64,000 nucleotides of DNA from an uncultured Candidatus Saccharibacteria bacterium. GTDB lineage: Bacteria > Patescibacteriota > Dojkabacteria > GCA-002793355. Where the stretch lies: contig CAZGEO010000001.1 in the NCBI GenBank assembly GCA_964525295.1, positions 376,662 through 440,661 on the forward strand, read 5' to 3'. A model generated the notes under the pieces. The model saw only the letters and a list, made by a program, of their open reading frames with translations, ran no database searches and had not been told where the DNA came from. Below, one piece after another: positions 9,529-21,500 of the stretch (position 1 is the stretch's first letter; the number at the start of each line of letters is the position of its first letter). The position numbers and the translations under genes were made by a program.

Positions 9529-12500
9529 TTATTTGACCGGATACACCATCAAGTTCTCAGCAATCAAGCGAACACCACCACTAAAACTTGGTAATTTGTT
9601 AATTACTAAACCTTTCTTACCGGCAAACTTACTCAATATTTTGTATCCCGGATCTAAGATTCGTAAGTAATAATCGCCATTTTTCACAACGAAATTATAC
9701 CCACCTCGCTTATTAGTGAAAGTTTTCGCAACCATCGTGTCGAATTCTTTCTCAAACAGTCCAATTTCTAGACCGCTGACGATTTTGCCATCTACACCAT
9801 TTACCGTTCCGTAAATTTTTGGCTTACTCAAATAGACTGCAAGTTTTAACACTAACAAGATTGCATAAATGCCAATAATTACGTAGTTTACTGTAACAGG
9901 ATACAGGTAACTAACCACAACGCTATATACAAGCCCCGCAACCAGAACAATTGGGCTAATGAGTGAAATTACCTCACTCGTGAAATTAGTTGCATATTTA
10001 GTGAACAATTCTCCTTTACTTCGCTTAACTGGGTCAAGAGGAATCGAAATCGTGAGTAATTCGTTATCTTCCTTAATTTCAATCACTTCTCCTTTATAAA
10101 TATTCGAAAATCCACTATCTGTATCGCTTGAAGCAACAAGTTTCGAGGGATAGGTAAATTCAGGATGAACGACCTTGATCACATACTGCCCTTTTTTCGG
10201 AGTTAGTTTGAAAATTCCCTGCGCGTCAGTGACAACGGTATCTACAAGTCTTCCAGACTTTGCATCCCACAAGCGTACTATCGCCCGCCCCACCATCTTT
10301 TTTGATACAGCGTTATACACTACTCCCCATGGCGTTCGTTTCTTACGTCGGTCTATCAACCCCGCTATCGCCATCCAGATATTTCCGTGCGCGACACCTA
10401 TCTGCATTGCAATAGTCTCAAGTGCAACGACGCCAATAAGCATCCCACCCGCCCCTTCCCAAGGGTACGCTGCGACGACATCAAGGTGTTTCGTTTGCAA
10501 TTTTTCGCAACTACCTTTACGGGCATAAAGCGTAATATCTTTTGAAGATTGCAATGAAATTGTTGCTGAACCAGAAAGTGGAAGATTTTCCGCAAAGGCA
10601 TTAATTGCCACGGTATCGGCTTGTTGTACATTCCACGTAATGGTGAAGTTCTCTCCTTTTTTGACCATCTTCGTACTAATAATGAAATCTTTAATAACTG
10701 GGCAGATTTCTGCGGAAATTGGGCTACCAGTTGGCACTATTGTTGTAACGACTACTTGCTGTACCTGAACGGTGACTGTTGCTTTGATTATCTTTCCTGA
10801 ACCTGTTTTTGCCGAGATTTCATAGGTTGTTGTGACTTTTGGTGAAACTTGTAACGTACCACTAGCACCAACTGCACCAATTGCTGGATTGATTGATAGA
10901 TCTGTAACGTTACTACTTTGCCATTGCAATGTTACCGATTCGCCAACCTTAATTTTTGACGCAGATGCGCTAATACCAAGAGATGGTGTTTTAGCAACGA
11001 CTACTGGAATAACCGTAATTGTTACTGACGCTTGCATCGTACTACCATCACCTTTTTGCCCAGTAATTGTATACGTGGTGGTTGCACCTGGTGTTACCGT
11101 CCGTGTACCATTAGCATCAACGGAACCAATATTCTGCGAAATACTGAGATTTGATAATTGTGTACTTTGCCATTGCAAAACGACGCTATTGCCTGGATTA
11201 ATCTGTGTTGCGGAAGCTGTCAATGTCAAAGTTGCAACAGTAGGAACAGGTAAAACGGTGATTGTTACAGATGCATTAACCGTTTCTCCAGTTTGAATGT
11301 TTTGCCCCGAGATTACGTACGTAGTTGTTGCTGATGGAGATACTTCGCGAGTGCCTGACGCTGAAACAGCGCCTACACCGTTATTAATTGACAAGTTGGT
11401 CAAGTTTTCACTACTCCATTGCAAGGTTGTTGCATTACCCACTATCAGCTCAGTTGCTGATGCTTGCAAACTTACTGTACCTACCAAGTTATTAACGGTT
11501 ACTGTAACCGAAGTGCGGAACGTTTCATTTAACGGACTAGTACCCGAAATTTCATAAGTAGTTGTTGAATCTGGAAAGATTACTAATGATCCTGCGGCGC
11601 CTACGGCGCCGATACCGTTATCAATTGATAAATTCGATAAATATTCACTTGACCACGATAGCGTCACACTATTTCCATTAATAACTGGATTGGGAACAGC
11701 TGTAATTGAAATTGTCGGCTGTACCTCTTCAACAAAAATTGTAACTGACGAAGTTACCGTTTCATCAGCTTCATTTGTTCCAGTTATGACATATGTTGTT
11801 GTTTCAAGAGGTGACACCTCAATACTTCCTGTAGTGCCAACACTTCCGATGCTGTTGTTAATTGAAAGATTCGAAATATAATTACTTTGCCATTGCAACG
11901 TTGTCGTTTGCCCCTGAATAATCTCAGTACTTGTTGCGCCAATAGATAAATATGGAATTCTTGGTGGGTTAACAGTAAATACCAAGGAATCTATCAATGT
12001 CGAGTTCACCGCATCTTCTACAGTTACTGTAAAAGTGCCTGACTCAAAGAATCTAATTGCGTTTGTAAATGTTCGTTGCCCGTTATCACCTGAAGTAAAC
12101 GTATATTCATCAGGTAATTGTGCAGAAAGGCTATCAGATCGAAACCTGACCGTTCCACGATATGTCGTGTCAACAGAACCAACTGAATTTAATGCAGCAA
12201 CGGTTACTGTTGCTGAGTCAGAAAATTCGAGTGTTGTATTCGGGCTTTGCATATCGAGAGCTGCGACTGTCGTAATCGTGAAATCTGCTGCATTCCCAGC
12301 GTTATCACCATAATCTCGCCATTCACTTTCGAGATTGTTATCGATATTTACCGTTCTCACTCGCCATTTGTACGAAGCACCCATTTCTAAATTCGCAACT
12401 TGAACACTCAGCACTACCGGTGGTCCACCGGTGAATATGACTGAATCTGAATCGTGAATTCCTGTCTGACCATCAAATAATTGATCAATTTTTTTCAATT

Positions 12501-15500
12501 CAACCTGAATCTTCAAGCGCTTAGGTGATGCGATTGTAGCGCCAGCATCGTACGCATCTGCCTTAAGTGTCACCGTAGTTCCGTTAATAACGCCACCAAC
12601 TGGAATTGCACTTTCAGTCACGCCAAGAACATCTGCTACTTTAGTAGCTGCCATAGCATAAACGATTTTTTCATCAGAAATTGAAGATTGCGCTGCTGGC
12701 TTAAGTTCGAATTGTTCGCGATATTGTGATGGCCATGGAACTGAGTTTGGCTCATCAGGGTAAGTACCGGTCTGACCTACCTGCGCACCATAGTTAGCCG
12801 GATCACTCGGAGTACCTTCTGCAACTGAAACAATCGCATTTACATAACATGGTCCAGAGTTATACAAAATTGAGACTCTTCCACCACCACCTGAACCACC
12901 GTCTACATCACTATTTCCACCTTCGCCACCACGTGCAGACAAAGTTCCCGAAATATCACAGGTGTTACCATGCAAAAGAATTGAACCACCAGCACCACCA
13001 CCGCCACCAGGACTGCCCGTACGCCCAATTGAACCATCCATGATAATCGAACCACGCACCGTAACATCACCTTTTGTGTAAACACCATCTTGCAACAAAC
13101 CTGAAGCAATAATTGCAAAGGCACCACCACCGTTTCCACCCATCGCACCCTGAGAACTTGCACCACCACCAGCACCTAACGTCTTCGGCACTAATTGCTC
13201 ACCATACTTCACACCACCTTGAGCGGGTTGGTTAACGCCATCACCCTGACCTTGACCGCCGTTACCACCGTTTGCACCACCACCACCACCGGAATAACCA
13301 ACACCACGATTACCACGACCTTGCCCTTCATCTGTTGGGAATCCTTGACCAGTTCCAATTATTGATGCTCCTGAATCAAGCAAGAAATTACCTTTTACGT
13401 TGAGGGTGACACCTTTACCAATCACTTGTGTGAGGTATTCATTGGTAAATTCGGCTAAAGTATAACCATTGTATTCCGCCTTAATTTCATCTGGCGTCAT
13501 TGCTCTGTTTTTGAGCGAAAATTCATCAAGATAACCAGCATAATACGGATCATCATTCCATGGGCTTCGACCAATGAATTTGTTTGCTCGTACCACATTA
13601 GGAATGGCAATTAATTGACTACTTTGTAACAAATTGCCATCGCGATAAATCGATGCATAACCAGTTGCCGAAACGGTAACTGCATAATGATGCCACTCGT
13701 TATTTATTATGCCGTTTGTCACCCGAATCCCACCAGCAGAACTAGACCCGTTGTATATTTCAAACCAAAGATCTGAACCTGTACCATAGCGAGACAAAAG
13801 CACATTGTTTGATGGAGTACCATTATTAAAATCAAAGAATCGTGCGTAATTAGGACTTGATGTCGGACGAGCCCAGAACGAAACACTGAACCCTGTTAAG
13901 AAATCCATTGGGCCATTTGGCAATGATACATAGGATCTGTTACCCGAGAAATAGGCTGATTGCCCATATACACCAGTTTTTGTAACTACTTCTTGCGCAT
14001 ATGGAGCTCCGTTTAATGAGACTTCATCACTAAAGTAATTTACCTTCTCATCATCAAAATGCCACAGAATTAGAGTTTCTGCATCGGCTGACAACTGCGA
14101 TGCAGTATTATTTAAGTTGGTTACCTCGATTGCAGAGATTTCACGGGAAAGAACTCTCACTTCATCAATAATTCCAGCGAAATAATGGCTCGTTGGTGCA
14201 TTCGCCCAACCGTTGAGATTGTCATAGCCGACTCGCACAAATGCAGTGTACGGATAATACGAAGTATTCGCATCAGAGGCAACTAATTGCCCATCTACAT
14301 ACAAACGCATACCGTTTACCGTTGAAAAGGTAGCTATAACATAATGCCACTCATTATCATTATAAGAATTCGCAGAGGTAATGACACGATTACCGTTGTT
14401 ATACATACCGAAGTTAATTCGCCCATCGTTAGAAAGATACAACGTTCTATCATTATAGTTTGTTGCAGTTGTTGACGAATCGCTAAATCCAATAAGCTTA
14501 CCGCCTACCGTTGTATTGGTTTTAAATCGTAATTCTAATGAGTAATCTACTGGTGTTGCCATCGAAACTCCCGAAACTACCTGACTATTGTAACCATTGA
14601 ATTGTAATGCATTACCATAAACTCCCGTCACTGACTTTTCACCGAGCCCGAACGCGCGATTAGATTGCGACAATGACGAATCTGCATATGATAATTCTGT
14701 TTCGTCTAACTGCCACAAGGCCACAGTATTCGTAGTCGCTGTCGGTGCTGTTTCTGAAGTTGCACTTGCAAGAATCTGTTCATTAGTCAAAAGACCTGAC
14801 GTAAGTCTTACTGCATCTAGTTGCCCAAAGTTTTGCCTACAGCCTGCAGTATTACAATAATTTCCTAAGTAACTAATAGCACCAGTCGGTCTACTCGCAA
14901 CACTACCAACTGAGACTCCATCTACAAAGAATTCTGTTGTTGAACCTGTAGATCTTGTCGCAATATGGTGCCAACCAGGTGTTAATGTGTTGACATTGAA
15001 TGATGTGGCGTAAAATGCGTTTGTATATAAACCAAGTCGTCCTGTATTTTCAACAATAATCGGATGTAAACCACCTTCAATTCTACCTACTGCGGTACGC
15101 CATCCATCAATAGTTGTAGGCAATGGGAATTTCGCCCATAATTCGAGTGTATAACTATCTGGTAAGGTAATTGGCTCAATCTTAATAACCTGATTTTGTA
15201 AAATACTCTGGCCACGACCGAATTTTCCAGATACGGCAGTAACACCACCAAATTGCATTGCATTATTAGCATTTATTGAAGAATCTACGAATCCCTGTTC
15301 ATCAAAATGTAACAACGCGACACTCTCATCAATCTTTACTGGAGCATGCGCTGCAGGCATTGTTGAGTTTTCAACAACTGCCTTAGTGTCACTCTTTACC
15401 CAAGCTGAAACATTTTGCCCAATTGTCACATCATTAAATGTGTAGTCACCTGCATCAAAATCGCCTGCCCTCGCTGCAACATTATTGTTGTCGACAATTA

Positions 15501-18500
15501 ATGAACCACCTCGTTCTGCATCAACGCCACGATTTTCAAAATATACTGTTCCAGGACCACCATTTCCGCGACTGCCTGTACCACCACGAGCCTGTAATGA
15601 AGTTGTTGACAGATCGAAACCGTCATTGGTGCGATAGTACAAAGCTATTCTCCCACCAGCACTTCCACCGCCATCCCAGTTTGAACCATTATATGCATTT
15701 GCGAGAATTTTGCCCGAACCAGACAGTTGATTTGTTTCTACCCAAATTGAACCACCGGTGCCACTATTAACCCCACCTGTATAGACTCCCAATGATTCAA
15801 TATTTCCATCAAGTCTCAATGCATTGTTTACAATCAAACGCATTGCACCGCCACCAGGAGAAACCGTATATCCACCACTTCCGAGATCTACTGGTTCATA
15901 TAAATTACCGTATGATGCACGAACTCCATTACCACCAGAGTACCCATATCCACCATATGATGCGCCTCCATGATAACCACCGGCTTCAATAGCTGCGCCT
16001 GGCCCACGATACCCACCGTAACCTTTACCAGAAGCCGTAATTAAACCACCTGTTTCAATAGTTAGGTCATTTGTTTGCAAGGTAACACCATAATCGTCTG
16101 TCCAAACAGAATCACCATCATCATATGAATTCATCGTTACTGTACCTAAAGGTCCAACGGTCAGAGTATCAATTTGATAACCATTGTTTTTGTTGTGATA
16201 CCAAGTATTCGCATTTAACGTTAAACCTGCAGAACTTGTTTGACCTACCGTAATTGCTGTTACTGGTGCACCTTCGATACCTTCGAGTTTACCTGCAATT
16301 TCTACATTGACTCCATCAATTGAGAAAGTTCCTGCACCAGTATATTTCAATGTACCTTGCACAGTTAGCAACGGTTTTGTGGCATCACCCGAGAAACCAC
16401 TAGGGCTTGTTATTTCAAGAATTCCTGCATTGCCCAAAAAGCGTACATTACCGTACCTACTTAATTCTATTCCTTTCAATTTGTATGTGCCTTCAACAAC
16501 GCCCGCATATTGGCCATTAACACCGTTGTTGTCAACAATCAAACGACCTGAATATCGCTCATCTACGCCGAGATTTTCTACATATACAGTTCCCGGACCA
16601 CCATTTCCACGGCCACCCGGACCACCGCGAGCTTGTAATGAATTCTTTGACAAATCAAAACCATCATTATTTCGATAATAAACTGCAATACGACCACCAG
16701 CACTACCACCACCATCCCAGTTTGTTGAAGTTGCACCATTGGCCGTTAATTTTCCTGCACCTGTAAGTTCATCAGTTTCTAACCAGATTGAACCACCTGT
16801 ACCACCATTTGCTTCTACGCCAGTATACACACCAGAAGTTTCAATAGTACCATTAATCGTAGAAGTTCCCGCGACTGAAATTTTAATTGCACCACCACCG
16901 GGAGATACTCGATACCCACCACTTCCTAGCGTGGTTGGTTCATACATACTTCCGTACGGATTGCGCACGCCATTTCCACCTGGATTACCAAGACCACCGT
17001 GAGAAGCACCGCTATGATTACCACCTGCCTCTACGGCTGCTCCTGGCCCACGATACCCGCTATAGCCATTACCTGTTGCAGTCATCATACCACCTGCATC
17101 GACGTTAAAATTCATTGTGGAAAGAGCCAGACCATGATCATTTGACCAATCTGAATCACCATTATCATAAGAGCGTACATAAACTACTCCTGTTGAACCA
17201 ATATCTAGCAAGGCAAATTCATATGGGGTGTCATATGAATAATTCCATGTGCGCGCATTTAGTGTTAAGTAGCCCGCAGAAGTTTTTCCAACTGTTATTG
17301 AATCGATATTTTCAATTTTCCCTTCGATTGCATAATGCCCGTTATTCTTAATATTAAACGGTTGCCCCCCAATATTTCGCAAGATACCTTTAACGGTAAC
17401 TCTTGCAGGATTTGTATCGACATTTACGGTATTTTCATCTACCTCAAGTACCCCAACGGTTTGATTACCATCAACAGTTACGTTACCTTTGCCTCGCAGT
17501 AAAATCGATTTCAGAGTATATGTGTCTGCGGGTAAATAAGCACCTGTTGTCGGGGCAGATGCGTGATTCCCATTATAAACAAGGAGTGTTCCTTGTTGGG
17601 GAGAATCTGTACCCTTTTGTTCGTAATAAATTGTTCCTGCACTTCCACCGTAACCATAATTTGCATTTTGATATCGACCACCGTAGGCGTTCACCGTGTT
17701 TTCATTAAGAGCTAACCCTTCAAGAGTTGAGTAATAAATTGCGATTCTACCACCACTTCCTCGACCTGTTGAAGCTGCATACCCACCACCGTTTGCACGA
17801 ATAACTGGAGTTCCTGTTGTTGAGCTCAATTTATTCGTGTCAATCCAAATACTTCCACCAGAAGGACTCGAATACCAACAACCATAACGCGTTGGATCAG
17901 CACTCGCATCAATAATACCATCGACGCGAAGTTCATTTGCGACGGTCAATTTCATTGCACCACCACCGAGTCCATTACTCGTTTCACCAGTATCTGCACC
18001 ACTACCTAGAAAGAGACTTCCATAAATTGTTCCGTACGGAACACCACCAACACCACCTGGACTACTACCACCATAACCACCGTATGAAGCACCGCCACAA
18101 CTTGCGGCGCCTGTACCACGACCAGCTGCATATCCGCGTGATATTGCATCAATCTTTCCGCCAGTTGCTACTGTTAAATTGTTGACTGAAAGTGAAACAC
18201 CATAATCATTTGTCCAGTTTGTATCACCGTTATCGTATCCTTGCATGTACAAACTACCATTTGCTGCAACGGTTATATCACCAAACTGCCAAGGTAACGT
18301 ATCATTGTGAGCCCATGTATTCGCATATAAAGTTACCCCTGCTGCACTACTTTCACCGATTTTTATTGCAGAAACACCCTGGGCATCGCCAGCTAACGCA
18401 ACGTTAACACCATTTACTCCCAAAGCAACCCCCGATTCGACTGGAGAATACTCGAATACACCGTTTATCGTAATCGAGGCAACATTACCCGTTGAACCAA

Positions 18501-21500
18501 CCAATGAATTACCGTTCGTTACCGTCAATTTCCCTGCCGAACTATTGCCCGCAAAAGTCACATGACCGCCATTAACTGCCTTAATTTCAGACAATACATA
18601 ATCACCCACAGGCACATATGCCCCACTTATTGAGGCTGTTGCATGATTTGCATTCGCAATCAAAAGCTTACCCTGTTGTGGGGTATCTACTCCTTTCTGT
18701 TCATAATAAATTGTACCTGCGCTACCTCCTTTACCATAATTACCATTCTGATAGCGTCCACCGATTGCCAGTACCGTATTTTCGTTAATTGCTAAACCTT
18801 CAAGAGCTGAGTAATAAATTGCGATTCTACCGCCACTTCCTCGACCAGTTGAAGCTGCATACCCACCACCGTTTGCACGAATGACAGGTGTTCCTGTAGT
18901 TGAACTTAGCTTATTGGTGTCGATCCAGATACTTCCTCCTGAACCACTTGAACCCCAGCACCCTGAACGTGTTGGATGAGCACTCGCGTCGATTATGCCA
19001 TCGACCTTAAGCTCGTTTGCAACGGTCAGTTTCATTGCACCACCACCAGGACCACTGCCTGATTCATTATCTGAACCGCTTCCAAGTGCAAGGCTACCAT
19101 AAATTGTGCCATACGGAACTCCACCTGCATTATTTGGGCCATTACCACCATAACCACCATAAGAAGCTCCACCACACCAAGCAGCGCCATAACCTCTCGC
19201 ATAACCGTAACCTCTTGCTACAGCATCAATATACCCACCTGTTGCTACAGTAAGATTATCAACTGATAAGGCGACACCATAATCATTCGACCAATTTGAG
19301 TCACCGTTATCGTAACCTTGCATGACTAACAAACCATTACTTGCAACGGTAATATTGCCAAATTCCCATGGAGTTGTATCATTGTGAGCCCAAGTATTTG
19401 CATAAAGCGTTACGGCAGATGTTTGTGTCGCACCAATAGAAATATCATTTATGCCAACAACGTCACCCTTAAGACCTAATTCAACACCTTCAACTTCTAG
19501 TGTTTCACCAGGATTTTCGGGAATGTACTTAAGTGTACCTTCTACATTAACCTGCGATAACGTAGAATCACCCTGAATTCCTTCTTTCGATGATAACTGT
19601 AAACTACCAGTTGTGGCATCACCTTTGAACAAAACATGCCCTTTTCTCGTTGCAATTATTTTCTTGAAAATATAGTTACCTGCGGGAACATATGCTTCAC
19701 GAGGATTCCCACTCGAGCGACTGTCTATAAGCAATGTTCCTTGTTGAGAAAGATCAACACCTAACTGTTCTACGTATACCGTACCAGCGCCACCACCCTG
19801 CCCATATGAATCGTTTTGATTACCACCATATGATTGCAAGTGCAAAGAATCAATTGCGAAACCATTATTGTTTGCGTAATACAATGCAACACGACCACCA
19901 CTTCCTCGACCAATTTCACTATTTGCACGAATAATACCTGTTCCAGTTGTTGAAGCAATTGTCGTTGCCTCGACCCAAACTGAACCACCAGATGCAGTAG
20001 AATTCCAGCATCCTAATGCGCCAGAATATGCGTTTGCCGAAATTGCTCCTTCTACTGTTAGAGTTCCTGAAAGCGTTAACTTTATAGCACCACCACCACT
20101 TCCTCGCTCTGAAGCACCGCTTCCGAGAAGAACACTTCCATATATCGAACCGTAAGGAGTTTTAGCAGCATTATATGGACCATTACCACCGTAACCACCA
20201 TAGGAAGCACCTGCACAATTTCCCCACCCTGGACCTCTACCTACGGCATAACCGGTTGCATCGGCACTAACTACCGCTCCCGATTCAACTAGCATATCAT
20301 CAGCCAGAATTGTTACACCATAATCATTTGACCAATCTCCATCGCCGTTGTCGTAACCTTGTAACGTCAAAGTTGCACCAGTTCTTACCGTTAACTGCCC
20401 AAGACCACGGCAATCGAAAACTCCACCAGGAACACTTGAGGCATTCCAGGTTGTTGCTTGATCAATAATGATTCCAGGACACGTGCCAAGTTGCGCCACA
20501 AACATAATTGAAGGCGAAACTCCGGTTATACCGTTGCCGTCACTTACTCTAATTTGAATATTTTCTGTGTACGAATAGGTCGCAGTATTGGTAGTTCCGA
20601 CGCCGTTTGTTAGTGTTATTGTTTCAGGAGCTAAGGTTCCCAACCCAGGAGACACCTGATCATATGAAGAAACCGGATATAACGTTACAGAACCATTATG
20701 AGGTACCGTATTACCGTACTTGTCTTTTGCTGTTACGGTTAAACTAAAGTTTGCATCTACCAAAACCAAACTTGAAGATGGTACAACCTGATAGGAAACA
20801 ATTTGATCTGGCACAGTACTCACCGTGAAGGTAACAGAATATCCAGTTGCGTAACGCCATACATTCATGGTGTTATTATTGATTCCTGCAGTACTTCCGA
20901 GTGTCCACGTTGCGGTTAATTCACCCCATTGATCTGTTGTATGCTGTTTATTGGTTACTAAACCACCACCACTAGTTACTGTCCAATTAAAATCTGGAAC
21001 AAAAGGCACGCCATATCCTGCTGCATCGACTGCACGCACGCGTGGTGCTGGATTTAACGGTTGGCCTGCTGCACCAGAAATGCCGTTTCCTTCAACAATA
21101 ATAAGTGAAGCCATCGGACCAGAAACGGTAAAATCACTATCGTTAACGGAATTGCCACCATATTGCACCCATGGGGAATATACGCCACTTGCATTAACAA
21201 TTCGTGCTTGCCATTTGTATTGTTCTGATACTGTCAAACCTGTAACTTCAGCGTACCCACAGTATTGACTGATTTGTACGCCTGATTGATCGGGAATGTC
21301 GTTACAGCTTTTATTACTTGCCAAGGTTACCTGTCCACCGGTTGGGATATTTTGGAATGCATCGGTCTTTTTTCGCACTTCGATCTGCAAACGCTCGTTT
21401 TCGCCTTGAATATTTGAGGCGAAAGTAATCTTTTGGCTTGTTGTCAGATAATCAATATCTAGTCTGCGATTTACAAAAGAAGTTGTATTTGCAGTTTCGT

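Noticed and set aside
12849-19253. His-rich plus-strand ORFs (for example 12849-13043, 15438-15770, 17937-18185, 19017-19253) opposite the giant gene
   Set aside because: They are antisense frames of the Gly-rich GGN-repeat coding sequence, which gives CAC/CAT-rich complements. They have no independent signals and are fully embedded in a 13-kb ORF.
15500-20450. Considered whether the regularly spaced repeats could be a CRISPR array
   Set aside because: The period is ~1080 bp, the units are coding and in frame, and no short direct repeats with unique spacers exist anywhere in the window. No cas genes are present.
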